DNA of 64,000 nucleotides from a virus (IMGVR_UViG_3300045120_000498:32001-96000); one strand, 5' to 3'. Positions 9,142 to 18,186 are shown, counted from the first letter of the stretch. Notes: a model not told the origin generated them from the sequence alone. Translations and numbers: made by a program.

Positions 9142-9321
9142 ATGCTGCGTGACGCCTCACCGCCTGCATAGCGGCTATCGCCCGTCTTCGACCACCGCCG
9201 CCCATTCCGAGCGAACGCGCCGCTCTCACCGTGTGCACCAGGTGAGCACATCGACGAAGGAACCTCCACGAGTCAGCCACTCGGACTGGCGGGGGTCGAA
9301 CCCACTCCCACGTCGCGCACC
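9105..9321 (-). ncRNA. Candidate ~210-nt structured small RNA with T-arm-like hairpin
   Basis: Bounded by boxed promoter (9329-9348) and terminator; GTGGG-TTCGACC-CCCGC hairpin; no ORF with genome-like codon bias. Confidence 0.45.
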
Positions 9322-9324
9322 CAG

Positions 9325-9348
9325 AGAATAGCACACTTTGTGTGTATC
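9325..9348 (-). promoter_or_regulatory. Promoter/operator box
   Basis: Box 9329-9348; -10 TATTCT. Confidence 0.8.
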
Positions 9349-9362
9349 GCGCCGGTTACGCG

Positions 9363-9398
9363 GCGGCCCCCGGCGACTGCGAGGAAACCGGGGGCCGC
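9363..9398 (-). terminator. GC-rich hairpin after coiled-coil gene
   Basis: GCGGCCCCCGG/CCGGGGGCCGC 11-bp stem; no U tract. Confidence 0.45.
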
Positions 9399-9422
9399 AC
9401 ATGCGTCGTCGATGGGACGGTT

Positions 9423-9848
9423 CTAGGCCGGAGGCTGATCCGCAGGCGCGCCGCCCGCGCCGGGATCGGCCGGAGCAGCGCCGCCGCCCTGCGCGTCGGA
9501 CACCGCAGCCTGCATGTCCACTGCCGCCTGCGACAGCGACTCGGCCACGGCCGTGATCTTCTCGGCCGCCGCGCCCGTGTCGGGCGCGCTCCGCACCTCG
9601 TCCGCGAGCGTGCGAAGCTCCTCGACTACGGCCGTCTTCGCGTCCTCCACGACCGACTGGGTGGCCGCCTGAAGGTCCAGGATTGCCTGATCAAGGTCCG
9701 CCATCTTCCGCTCCATCCTCTCCGCCCATGCGGGCTGTTGCTCAGTGGCAGCCGCCGCAATCGTCTCCAGCGCCGTCGCGATCCGATCAAGCTCGCGCAC
9801 CGCGACGTGCTCCAGGAAGTGATGCTCTTGCCGCTCTCGCTCGTTCAT
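9423..9848 (-). CDS. Alanine-rich coiled-coil hypothetical protein
   Basis: Heptad-like helical sequence. Confidence 0.7.
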   Translation of the reverse strand: MNERERQEHHFLEHVAVRELDRIATALETIAAAATEQQPAWAERMERKMADLDQAILDLQAATQSVVEDAKTAVVEELRTLADEVRSAPDTGAAAEKITAVAESLSQAAVDMQAAVSDAQGGGAAPADPGAGGAPADQPPA

Positions 9849-9884
9849 CCCCGCGGAGCATAGGCCGAACCGTCCCTCCCTGCG

Positions 9885-11159
9885 TCAAGCGAACAGGCTC
9901 AACTGCTGGAGCCGCTTGGCCGCCAGCTTCAGGTAGTCCGCCTTCAACTCGACGCCCACCGCGTGCCGACCGAGACGCCGCGCCACCAGCGCCGTCGTGC
10001 CGCTCCCCAGGAACGGGTCGAGCACCACGCACGGCCGCACCGGATGCGCGTCGAGCGAGACGCGCGGCCGGTACACCTGCACCGGCGTCACCGTGCCGTC
10101 CGGCTCGTCCACCATCACCGTCTCGAACTCGCCGTTGCACGAGCAGGTCGGCGCCCACCCGACCGTCTCCGTCTCCGTGAACCGCTGGCCGTTGTTCCCA
10201 CCGCCGTAGATACCGGCCCGCTTCGCCTCGTCGTACCGGCCCGGCCGGTAGCGAGGATCAGCCGGGTCAAGCTCGAACCGCTCCACCGACCGCCGCTGCA
10301 CCTCGCGCGCCCACGGCGCGCCGCACACCCCGCAGCAGCCACGCTCCGACGTGCCCGCCTTCACGCACGGCTCCACGAGCTTCTGCGGGAACGTCGCGAA
10401 GTGCGCGCCCGGATAGTTCTCCGTCGGGATCGTCCACACCGACCGCAGGTTCCGACCCGAGCCGTCGAAGCTGCTGCGGCCGCCGCCGCCCCCGGCCTGC
10501 TCGGTGTCGTTCTGGAACGCCGCGCCGTTCACGTACCGCACGTCGCGGAAGTTCGCCGACCGGCCGAACCCCTCGCCCTGCTCGCGCACCGCCTCCGCGT
10601 CGAAGAAATAGCGGCTCGCCTTCGTCAGCAGGAACAGGTACTCGTGCGCCGTCGTCGGTCGGTCCGTCGCCGCCTCCGGCATCGGGTTCGGCTTGTGCCA
10701 GATCACGTCCCGGCGTAGCCACCAGCCGTCGTCCTGGAGCGCCAGCGCCACCCGCCACGGCGCGCCCACCATGTCCTTCACCTTCATCCGCGGCAGCCGC
10801 GGTCGCGTCGGCAGGGCAGCGGCACCGCGATTCCGCGCCTGCTTCGAGGCAGCATTGCTCGGCGCGTCCCGCGAATAGCCGCCGTCGCCGACGTAGCTGT
10901 CGCCCAGGTTCAGCCACACCGTGCCGTCCGCTCGCAACACCCGCCGCACCTCGCGGAACACGTCCACCAGCGCCTCGACGAACTCGGTCGGCGTCGCCTC
11001 CAGGCCGATCTGCCCCGGCTCGCCGTAGTCGCGCAGGCCGAGATACGGCGGACTCGTCACCACGCAGTGCACCGACCCCGCGGGAAGCTCTCGCAACACC
11101 TCCCGCGCCTCGCCGTGGTAGAGACGGACATCGCCGTCATCCAACCACGGCGGCCTCAC
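9885..11159 (-). CDS. DNA methyltransferase, beta class (N4-C/N6-A)
   Basis: VTSPPY motif IV, HFATFP, VLDPFLGSGTT motif I; Cys-rich insert CCGVCG...CSC. Confidence 0.92.
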   Translation of the reverse strand: MRPPWLDDGDVRLYHGEAREVLRELPAGSVHCVVTSPPYLGLRDYGEPGQIGLEATPTEFVEALVDVFREVRRVLRADGTVWLNLGDSYVGDGGYSRDAPSNAASKQARNRGAAALPTRPRLPRMKVKDMVGAPWRVALALQDDGWWLRRDVIWHKPNPMPEAATDRPTTAHEYLFLLTKASRYFFDAEAVREQGEGFGRSANFRDVRYVNGAAFQNDTEQAGGGGGRSSFDGSGRNLRSVWTIPTENYPGAHFATFPQKLVEPCVKAGTSERGCCGVCGAPWAREVQRRSVERFELDPADPRYRPGRYDEAKRAGIYGGGNNGQRFTETETVGWAPTCSCNGEFETVMVDEPDGTVTPVQVYRPRVSLDAHPVRPCVVLDPFLGSGTTALVARRLGRHAVGVELKADYLKLAAKRLQQLSLFA

Positions 11160-11503
11160 GTCTCGGCGGCCTCCATCAGCCGCACCGCGTCGCCGGTCAC
11201 GCTCACGACAAGCTGATCGCCCAGCACCCGCGCCGACACCTCTCCTACCCGCTGGCCGTTGCGCACGAGCACCATTCTGCCGAACAGCGAGTTGTCGCGC
11301 CGCACCGCAAACCCGTTCCCCTGCCGCGGGATCGCGGACGCCTCGATGGCGTCGATGGCGTCCAGCAGCGCACGCCGCTCGCGCTTGTCCCACTGCACGT
11401 CGTCAGGCACCTCGGCCGCGTCGATCCGCTCCGTCAGGTAGTCCACCCGGCGGCGGAGAATCGCCGCCGTCCGCTTCGGGCCGATGCTCGCGTCCTTCGC
11501 CAT
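11156..11503 (-). CDS. Hypothetical protein
   Basis: ORF track, coupled. Confidence 0.65.
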   Translation of the reverse strand: MAKDASIGPKRTAAILRRRVDYLTERIDAAEVPDDVQWDKRERRALLDAIDAIEASAIPRQGNGFAVRRDNSLFGRMVLVRNGQRVGEVSARVLGDQLVVSVTGDAVRLMEAAET

Positions 11504-11504
11504 C

Positions 11505-11717
11505 TCACCCGCCCGATCCGTCGTAGGACTCGACCGACGCCACGTGCGCGGGCGCGATGAACACCGTGCCGGACGCCAGCCCGCGGGCGCGGTACTTCGG
11601 GAACTCGATCAGCGCCACGTCGTAGTCGGCCGAGTTCAGCGTCTCGGCCACCTCGTCAGCCAGGCCGTCCAGCAGCACAGCCTCAGCGATTCCAGCCAGC
11701 CTGACTCGCGTTGCCAT
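11505..11717 (-). CDS. Hypothetical protein
   Basis: MATRVRLAG...; GGAAAGG RBS. Confidence 0.65.
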   Translation of the reverse strand: MATRVRLAGIAEAVLLDGLADEVAETLNSADYDVALIEFPKYRARGLASGTVFIAPAHVASVESYDGSGG

Positions 11718-11835
11718 CAGCGCCGTGTCCTTTCCGCGCGGGCCTTCTGCTTCGCCTTCGCGCACTGCCGTGCACCGTACCCGAACAGGGCCAGGATCAC
11801 GAGCGCGTTGAAGGTCGCGTTCGCGAGAATCCCGA

Positions 11836-12045
11836 TCACGTCTCCACCTCGATCAGGTCGGTCGTCCGCAGCGTGCAGGAACCCCAGCCGACGCCCAGCT
11901 TCACGCCCCACCCGCCGGGCCAGCCGAAGTGCTCGTCGTGCTCGCCCTCGACCACCTCGCGCAGCCGGTGAAACGCCGTGCCGTCCGGCATCCGCGCCTT
12001 CATGCCGACCGTCGCGCAGACGGCCGGGATCGTTTCCGTCGCCAT
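11836..12045 (-). CDS. Hypothetical protein
   Basis: MATETIPAVC... Confidence 0.6.
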   Translation of the reverse strand: MATETIPAVCATVGMKARMPDGTAFHRLREVVEGEHDEHFGWPGGWGVKLGVGWGSCTLRTTDLIEVET

Positions 12046-12302
12046 CAGACCAGCCCGCCGACTGTCTCGATCCGCCAGGCCAGCGCGTAGGCGTACAACG
12101 CCGCCTGCCCCGCGCTGTAGAACTGCACCACGTTCTCGGTCTGCGGCGCCGATACCTCGTAGACCGTGTTGCCGTGATCGGCCACCGACACGCCGCCGAT
12201 CACGACGTGCACGTCCACGCTCTCGATGGAGACGTGCATCGACGCCTTGACGGCCTCCAGCGCGTCCGCTAGCGCGTCGATCTGCTCGTTGTCCATCGTC
12301 AT
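12045..12302 (-). CDS. Hypothetical protein
   Basis: MTMDNEQIDAL...; GAGG RBS. Confidence 0.65.
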   Translation of the reverse strand: MTMDNEQIDALADALEAVKASMHVSIESVDVHVVIGGVSVADHGNTVYEVSAPQTENVVQFYSAGQAALYAYALAWRIETVGGLV

Positions 12303-12304
12303 CC

Positions 12305-12535
12305 TCACGACCGCCCCGCATCGCTCGGGCGGAAGTCGTCCGGATGCTCGTCCGCGTCCTCGTTGACCGCGGCCCACATCGCGCGCTCCGACGCCTTGTC
12401 CTCGTCCTCGGCCATCTTCTTCTCGCTCCAGGCCCGCTCCGACGGACGACGCAGGAACGCCCTTGCCGCGTCCTCAGCCCGCTTCAGCGCCACGCCGCGA
12501 TACGCAATCGCGCGCTCGATCTTTTCACGGTTCAT
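12305..12535 (-). CDS. Hypothetical protein, first gene after a boxed promoter
   Basis: MNREKIERAIAY...; GGAAAGGAG RBS. Confidence 0.7.
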   Translation of the reverse strand: MNREKIERAIAYRGVALKRAEDAARAFLRRPSERAWSEKKMAEDEDKASERAMWAAVNEDADEHPDDFRPSDAGRS

Positions 12536-12542
12536 GCCGTCT

Positions 12543-12595
12543 CCTTTCCGCGAGCACCGCTCGCACGTCGAACAATAGCACCCATCGTGTGTATC
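12543..12595 (-). promoter_or_regulatory. Promoter/operator box + hairpin-SD leader (variant stem GCGAGC/GCTCGC)
   Basis: Box 12576-12595; -10 TATTGT. Confidence 0.8.
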
Positions 12596-12845
12596 AGCGA
12601 GTCGGGGTCGCCTTCCGCACGAACCGCATGTCCAGGCACACCTCCCGCGTCCCGCCCTCCGGCGGGTCGTACTGCACCCGCCACAACGCAGAGCCGTCAC
12701 GCGGCGGCGGAGGCGCCGCCACGGCCACGAACGACCACACCGGCGCCAGCGGCACGAACACCGAGTGCCGCGTCGGCGGCAGCCGATCCTCCAGCAGCAC
12801 CTCCCGCGGCACGAACCACACCGTGATCCGGTAGGCACGCGCCAT
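12594..12845 (-). CDS. Hypothetical protein
   Basis: ORF track. Confidence 0.6.
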   Translation of the reverse strand: MARAYRITVWFVPREVLLEDRLPPTRHSVFVPLAPVWSFVAVAAPPPPRDGSALWRVQYDPPEGGTREVCLDMRFVRKATPTR

Positions 12846-12854
12846 CCGGGGAGC

Positions 12855-13193
12855 CTACTCGTCCGGGTTCAGGCTCGGCGTGACGCTCATCGAGCCGCCC
12901 ACGTGCAGCGAGTACGTCGCACCGCCGAACGGGCCGTTCGGCCACCCCGCATCGCGCGCCGCGACGAACTCGGCCTCCGATATCGCCGTCAGCACGCCCG
13001 GCGCGAGCGCGCCCAGCGCCATGTCCTCGCCCGCCGAGAACACGTGCATCAGCACGTAGCCCCCCGTCTTCAGGTCGTTCGCGTGCTGGCGCTCCAGCGG
13101 GTCCGAAACCTGCTCCGGATCGACCACCTCGTAGTAGACCCGGCCGTGCCCCTCGATGTCGCGGTAGCCGAACCGCATGTTCTCGTCAGCCAT
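12855..13193 (-). CDS. Hypothetical protein
   Basis: ORF track; GAGG RBS. Confidence 0.7.
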   Translation of the reverse strand: MADENMRFGYRDIEGHGRVYYEVVDPEQVSDPLERQHANDLKTGGYVLMHVFSAGEDMALGALAPGVLTAISEAEFVAARDAGWPNGPFGGATYSLHVGGSMSVTPSLNPDE

Positions 13194-13362
13194 CGTCCAC
13201 CTCGTTGAAGATGTCGCCGGATTCCTCCGTCGCGCAGTCCAGCCACGCCACGAACTTCCGGTCGCGCGTCACCGAGATGTTGCCAGTCCGGTTCCCGGTC
13301 AACTCGTCGTCCGGCCGCAGCCGCCCGTCCGCCACCATCTGAAGCAGGTCGCTCACCGTCAC
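13186..13362 (-). CDS. Small hypothetical protein, paralogue of 24291..24521
   Basis: ADGRLRPDDELTGNRTGNISVTRD vs ADERLRPGDVVMGNELGNLVVLRD. Confidence 0.65.
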   Translation of the reverse strand: MTVSDLLQMVADGRLRPDDELTGNRTGNISVTRDRKFVAWLDCATEESGDIFNEVDDG

Positions 13363-13799
13363 CACGTTCTCCGATCCGGGAGCCGCCGCACCCACCGATT
13401 CCAGGCCCGTTGCCACGACGGATGTAGGTAGCCACGCAGCCACGGCCTCCGCCGCCGGGCCTCGTTCAGCCACACCGGCTCCGGCTGCTCAACCGGGCCG
13501 CCGAAGCCCTTCTCCAGCAGCGACTTCGGCATCGGCTTCGACTTCGGCATCGGCTTCGCAGGCGCCCGCGGAACCCCCGCGTACGGATTGAGCGCCATCT
13601 GCGTCTGCCACGCCGTCAGCCGCTTGCGCTCGCGCACCGCCACCCGCCACCGCACCAGCGCCACCGTACCGTCGAAGCACAGCGCGCCGACCACCAGCAG
13701 CAGACACGCCGCCGCCACCAGGCAGTACCACGCGCCGACCAGCATCAGCCGCATCACCGGGAACATCGCGACCAGCACGATGAACGCCAGGAAGATCAT
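13359..13799 (-). CDS. Membrane protein
   Basis: Two N-terminal hydrophobic stretches. Confidence 0.6.
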   Translation of the reverse strand: MIFLAFIVLVAMFPVMRLMLVGAWYCLVAAACLLLVVGALCFDGTVALVRWRVAVRERKRLTAWQTQMALNPYAGVPRAPAKPMPKSKPMPKSLLEKGFGGPVEQPEPVWLNEARRRRPWLRGYLHPSWQRAWNRWVRRLPDRRTW

Positions 13800-13972
13800 G
13801 GCTCGCACCGCCCCCGATGCGTCGGCAACGCCCGCCCAGCGATCAGCGCCCCGCACACCACGCACCAGCGCGGCCGCGGCGCCGAAGCGTCCGTGTGCAC
13901 CTCCATCGCCACCACGAACCCCGGCGGATCAGACGACACCACGACGCCATCCAGCACCTTCGTCGGCTCCAT
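13796..13972 (-). CDS. Small CxxC protein
   Basis: MEPTKVLDG...CVVCG. Confidence 0.55.
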   Translation of the reverse strand: MEPTKVLDGVVVSSDPPGFVVAMEVHTDASAPRPRWCVVCGALIAGRALPTHRGRCEP

Positions 13973-13982
13973 GTCCCGCTCC

Positions 13983-14855
13983 TTACCGCTCTGTGCCCTT
14001 CGGCCCAGTGCTCCATGCCCGCGTCGGGTGATACGTCGCCTGCGGGCAGTGCCCCCACGCGCCCATCCCCGCCGCACGCGCTTTCCGCGCCGACCTGTCC
14101 AGCGTCGCCGCATACCGGCCACGGTCACCGCCGAAGAAGTACGGCGCCGCCGCCCCGTCCAGCACCAGCCGGTGCTGCACCAGCCTGCCGCCCACCGACA
14201 CGTACCGCAGCAGCCTGCCGAACCGATCCACCTTGTCCAGCTTCGGGTCGATGCTCACGACCACCCGCTTGCCCAGCACCAGCCGCCGAAGCTCATCCCG
14301 AGCCGCCAGCCCGAAGCACTCGCCCGGCCGAAGCTCCGGCGTGTCGATCTGCACCAGCCGGATCGTCCGCACCTTGCCGTCCCGGAACCGCGCCTTCAGC
14401 GTGTCGCCGTCGTACGCCGACACGACCGTCACCTTCGCGCTCGTGCCAGCAGACCGGCCCACCGTCCGCCACCGCGCCTTCGCGATCCCGTCGATCCGCA
14501 GCGCCCGCCCCGGCCGGTACGTCAGGTCAACGTCCCGGCCAGCCACGAACGGCCCGCGATCCTGCACCGGCACGACCACGCACCGCGAGCGGACGCAGAC
14601 CTGAATCCGCGTCCCGCACTTCAGCGACTTGTGCGCGACCGCCCACGTCCTCGTGGTCACCCGCCTGCCGTTGCACGCCATCCCGCCGCAAGGCTCCCCA
14701 GCAGCCCCGCACGGCCCGTACGTGCTCGCGATGGTCGTATGCCACGGCCCGGCCGCGTGCGCGTGAGGCGGCCAGATGATGCACATGGCGACCGTCAGCG
14801 GCAGCGCCAGCGCCAGCCGCCGCCCGAGCCGTTGCCAGCGTTCCCTCGGCGTCAT
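13983..14855 (-). CDS. Exported RlpA-like DPBB domain fused to staphylococcal-nuclease (thermonuclease) domain
   Basis: Signal peptide ending AHA-A; ASTYG, AHKSLKCGT, VQDRGP, DVDLT (RlpA); YDGDT, IRLVQIDTPE, DRFGRLLRY (SNase). Confidence 0.85.
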   Translation of the reverse strand: MTPRERWQRLGRRLALALPLTVAMCIIWPPHAHAAGPWHTTIASTYGPCGAAGEPCGGMACNGRRVTTRTWAVAHKSLKCGTRIQVCVRSRCVVVPVQDRGPFVAGRDVDLTYRPGRALRIDGIAKARWRTVGRSAGTSAKVTVVSAYDGDTLKARFRDGKVRTIRLVQIDTPELRPGECFGLAARDELRRLVLGKRVVVSIDPKLDKVDRFGRLLRYVSVGGRLVQHRLVLDGAAAPYFFGGDRGRYAATLDRSARKARAAGMGAWGHCPQATYHPTRAWSTGPKGTER

Positions 14856-15469
14856 CACAGGCCCGCCTCCTTTTCGTCCCGCGTGAGCACCGCATCCAGT
14901 GCTCGCAACACGCGCTTCAGGCCGCCCTTCAGCGCCGCGTCGCGCCACAGGCCGACGCCGCCGAGCACCGTCTTCAGGCTCGCCTGCACCGCCCGCATCT
15001 CCTCGTGCAGCCGGTCGGCGCGCGGATTCGGGATGTACCGCTCGGTCGGGCCGAACGCCTCGTCGATGGCCTCCATGTCCTCGTCGTCCGGCCGCACCAG
15101 CGGCCCGCGCGCGTCCTCGCGCAGGCGAGCCTCGTCCAACTGCCGCCGCAAGGCCGACAACTCGTCGTCCACGCCCAACTCCGGCCGGTTGTTCAGCAGG
15201 TGCAGCAGCGTCGCCTGCGCCTCGACCAGGTTCAGCGCCGCCTCCAGCGCCATCTCGCCCGCCGTGTACCGATCCGTCGCCACGTGCAGGTCGCGCGACA
15301 ACTGCGCGATGCGATCAGCGGCGTCTTCGGCTAGCCCTGCCCCAATCGGATCGCCTTCCTGCACCCAACTCCACGCTGCATCGCGAAGCTCCTTCTGGAT
15401 GCCGTCGTCGCTCACGCGCACGGCCTCAACCGGCACGTCCAGATTCTCGTCCACAGGCCCCTGAGCCAT
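14855..15469 (-). CDS. Coiled-coil hypothetical protein
   Basis: MAQGPVDEN...; hairpin plus GGAAAGGAG leader at 15477-15501. Confidence 0.7.
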   Translation of the reverse strand: MAQGPVDENLDVPVEAVRVSDDGIQKELRDAAWSWVQEGDPIGAGLAEDAADRIAQLSRDLHVATDRYTAGEMALEAALNLVEAQATLLHLLNNRPELGVDDELSALRRQLDEARLREDARGPLVRPDDEDMEAIDEAFGPTERYIPNPRADRLHEEMRAVQASLKTVLGGVGLWRDAALKGGLKRVLRALDAVLTRDEKEAGL

Positions 15470-15511
15470 CAGGACTCCTTTCCGCCCCCGCAATCGGGGG
15501 CATCACGCCCC

Positions 15512-15988
15512 TCAGAAGGGGATGTCGTCGTCGATCCCGCCCGGCGTACCAGGCGCGCCCGCGTCCCACGGGCCGCCCGGCGCGTCCGGCCGCCGCCCAG
15601 GCGTCGCCACCTCGTGCGGCACCGGCTCGTTCGAGCCGCCGTCCGAGCGCCGTCGCTCGCACGGGATCGCCTTGTCCGCGATCACGTCCAGCGTCGAACG
15701 CCGAGTGCCGTCCGGCGCGTCCCACTGACGGAACCGTAGCTTGCCCTGCACCGCCACCATCGTGCCCTTCGACGAGTTCCGGGCCAGCCACTCGCCCAGC
15801 TTCCCGAACATCGAGCAGTTCACGAACACCGGCCGGTCGATCCACTGATCGGTTTCGCGATCCTTCACCTGCTCGTTCACCGCGATCCCGAAGTCGCACA
15901 CCGACAGCCCGCTCGGCAGCACCTTCAGTTCAGGGTCGCGCGTCATGTTGCCCATCAGGCACACGACGTTCACTGCGAATGCGCTCAA
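15512..15988 (-). CDS. ssb: Single-stranded DNA-binding protein
   Basis: NVVCLMGNMTRDPELK OB fold, VQGKLRFRQW, acidic DDDIPF tail. Confidence 0.95.
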   Translation of the reverse strand: MSAFAVNVVCLMGNMTRDPELKVLPSGLSVCDFGIAVNEQVKDRETDQWIDRPVFVNCSMFGKLGEWLARNSSKGTMVAVQGKLRFRQWDAPDGTRRSTLDVIADKAIPCERRRSDGGSNEPVPHEVATPGRRPDAPGGPWDAGAPGTPGGIDDDIPF

Positions 15989-16016
15989 CTACCAGCCCTC
16001 GGTCTAGGGTGTCTCG

Positions 16017-16040
16017 ACACTAGCACACACCGTGTGCATT
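16017..16040 (-). promoter_or_regulatory. Promoter/operator box upstream of ssb
   Basis: Box 16021-16040; -10 TAGTGT. Confidence 0.75.
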
Positions 16041-16774
16041 CAGCCCAGCAGGCTCATCTGATGCTCGGGGTCGGCCCACACGACCTCCGCCGCCATCCGC
16101 CCCATCGAGTCGCGCGAGCCGCGCAGGTGCCGGAACGGCAGCCAGTCCGCCCCGTCCTGCTCGCACACGATCCGCTGGCCCGGCAGCGACCGGCACCACG
16201 CGCCCAACTCGGCGTAGTCCAGCGACGCCGCGCCGCACCCCTTCGCGTACCCCGCGCCCTGCGGCCGGATGTTCCCATTGGGCGACCGCTCGCCGATCAT
16301 GTACGGCGGGTCCACGAACCACGTCGCCTCCGTGCCCTGCGGGACGCACCAGCGCGCCTCGTGGTAGTCGCCGAGCACGACTTCGACCTTCGCCTTCACC
16401 GCCTCCAGCAGCGGCCCCATCTGCCGCAGCATCCCGCGGAAGTAGCTCGCCTGCCGCGCCGTCACCGTCATCGACTTGCACGACGCGATGGCATTCGACG
16501 CCGCGCTGGTCATCACCAGGAAGTCGGTCGTCGTCTCGCCCTCAACCGGGTCAGGGAACGCCCGCAGGTCGTCGGCGCTCATCTGGAGCAGCCGCAGCCA
16601 CGTGTGCACGACCCGCGGGTCCTTCTCGATCAGCACCACGCGCCGCACCGCCCGGCTCCGCACGTGCCGCATCGAGTACGCCGCCGCCCCGGCGAACGGC
16701 TCGATGATCGTGTCGTACGACGGCGGCGGGTACAGGCCCGCCAACCGTCGTTTCGAGCCGTAGTAGTAGAACAC
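16040..16774 (-). CDS. DNA adenine methyltransferase, Dam/D12-like alpha class
   Basis: YYGSK, IIEPFAGAA motif I, WFVDPPY motif IV. Confidence 0.88.
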   Translation of the reverse strand: MFYYYGSKRRLAGLYPPPSYDTIIEPFAGAAAYSMRHVRSRAVRRVVLIEKDPRVVHTWLRLLQMSADDLRAFPDPVEGETTTDFLVMTSAASNAIASCKSMTVTARQASYFRGMLRQMGPLLEAVKAKVEVVLGDYHEARWCVPQGTEATWFVDPPYMIGERSPNGNIRPQGAGYAKGCGAASLDYAELGAWCRSLPGQRIVCEQDGADWLPFRHLRGSRDSMGRMAAEVVWADPEHQMSLLG

Positions 16775-16784
16775 CGGAGAGAGC

Positions 16785-17477
16785 CTACCCGAGCACCTTC
16801 CGCTGCCGCCGGAGCTTCACGATCAGCCCATCAGCCGCGCGCAGTTCATGCTCTGTCCGGCCGTTCGTCTCGGCCAGCGCCGCGATCTTCCGGCGCAGGT
16901 CGTCGTCCTCGACTCGCAACTCCAGCGTCCGCATCAGCCCGGCCAGCACGTCCGTCAGGTCGGCCAGGTCATCCACGTACCCCAGCAGGTCCTCGCTCGT
17001 GACGACGCCCCAGAACGCCATGTCCTTGTCACTGACGCTCTCGATGTTCGCCGTCGCCCGCATCGTGTTCCGCCGCAACTCCAGCCACAGCCCTCGGTCA
17101 CCCGGCTGCCGCTTCGGCATCTCCGCCAGCCGTCGCCGCACCGAGCCACGCCTGCGCTTGCGCTTCCCACCGGCCTTCGCCTGCCGCGCCGCGCAGTCCG
17201 CGGCCGCCTGCTCGACCTCGCCCATCGGCACGGCCACGTAGATCATCGGCTTGATCCCGTTCGTCGTCGCCTCCGTGTCCCGCCCGGCGTCCCGCAGCAG
17301 ACCGAGCTTCATCAGCTTGCCCAACTCCTTCGTCAGGCCGTCGCCGCGGTTACACGGCGCACGCAGCCGCGGAGCCGTCACCGGCCCCTTCGCAGCCTCA
17401 GCCATGATCGTCCGATACACCTGCGGTAGCCCGGCAAGCAGCGCGTCGTATTCGTCCCTCGTCATCTGCACCTCCAA
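16785..17477 (-). CDS. Putative winged-helix + coiled-coil protein
   Basis: TKELGKLMKLGLLRDAG wing-like segment; GGAGG RBS. Confidence 0.6.
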   Translation of the reverse strand: MEVQMTRDEYDALLAGLPQVYRTIMAEAAKGPVTAPRLRAPCNRGDGLTKELGKLMKLGLLRDAGRDTEATTNGIKPMIYVAVPMGEVEQAAADCAARQAKAGGKRKRRRGSVRRRLAEMPKRQPGDRGLWLELRRNTMRATANIESVSDKDMAFWGVVTSEDLLGYVDDLADLTDVLAGLMRTLELRVEDDDLRRKIAALAETNGRTEHELRAADGLIVKLRRQRKVLG

Positions 17478-17487
17478 GTGCAGGCGT

Positions 17488-17523
17488 GGGGGGCAGCGCA
17501 GGCCGAAGCCCGCGCCGCCCCCC
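17488..17523 (-). terminator. Strong intergenic hairpin
   Basis: GGGGGGC-A-GCGC-A-GGC-CGAA-GCC-C-GCGC-C-GCCCCCC. Confidence 0.45.
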
Positions 17524-17535
17524 AGGCCGCCCTAA

Positions 17536-18186
17536 CTACTCGCCAGCCTCGGTGGACACGCCCAGCGCAAGCTGGAACGTCTCCCGAGCGTGGGTCGTAG
17601 CGGTCTTGGTCGCGGACTTCACGACGGACTCGGCGTGCGCCGCCAGCGCGGGCTGGCGAACGCCCACCAGGCCCATGTTGCGCGCGAACCGCTTTGCCAG
17701 GTTGTCGAGCTTCTTGTCGAGCGGAGCGATGAAGTCCCGGTCGAGGCACTTCTGATCGCCCGTCACGTAGCAGGCGGGCACCTCGTTCGCGTCGATGGCG
17801 ACGCCGAACTTGACCAGGATCATGCCCTCGGCCAGTTCGCCGACCATCCGCTGCACGGCCGAGTTGTATTCCGGTGACGCCTCGCGCCACACGGCCGCCT
17901 CGATCTTCACGTACGCCGCGTTCTCGACCTCGGACGCCGACTCGCGCGCCTCGCCGGTCGGCTGGACGGACGGCACGACCAGGCACGTCAGCGCGCCCTT
18001 CGTGATCGCCTTCGCCTTGCGGTCGGCGAGCGACGCGGCGACGCAGTTCGTGGCGACGTGCTCCGCGATCCGCGTCCGGAGCTTGCCCTTGTCCAGCACG
18101 CCCTCGTCGGTCAGTAGATCGGCCGCCGCGTACCACTGGCTGACCTGTGCATCGACCTGCTCTTGCAGGTCACTTCTCGTAGCCAT
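17536..18186 (-). CDS. Hypothetical protein
   Basis: MATRSDLQEQ...; GGAAAGG upstream. Confidence 0.7.
   Translation of the reverse strand: MATRSDLQEQVDAQVSQWYAAADLLTDEGVLDKGKLRTRIAEHVATNCVAASLADRKAKAITKGALTCLVVPSVQPTGEARESASEVENAAYVKIEAAVWREASPEYNSAVQRMVGELAEGMILVKFGVAIDANEVPACYVTGDQKCLDRDFIAPLDKKLDNLAKRFARNMGLVGVRQPALAAHAESVVKSATKTATTHARETFQLALGVSTEAGE

Noticed and set aside
9281-9321. Complete tRNA or tmRNA gene
   Set aside because: Only a T-arm-like hairpin; no upstream acceptor, D or anticodon arm and no CCA end. Kept only as an sRNA candidate.
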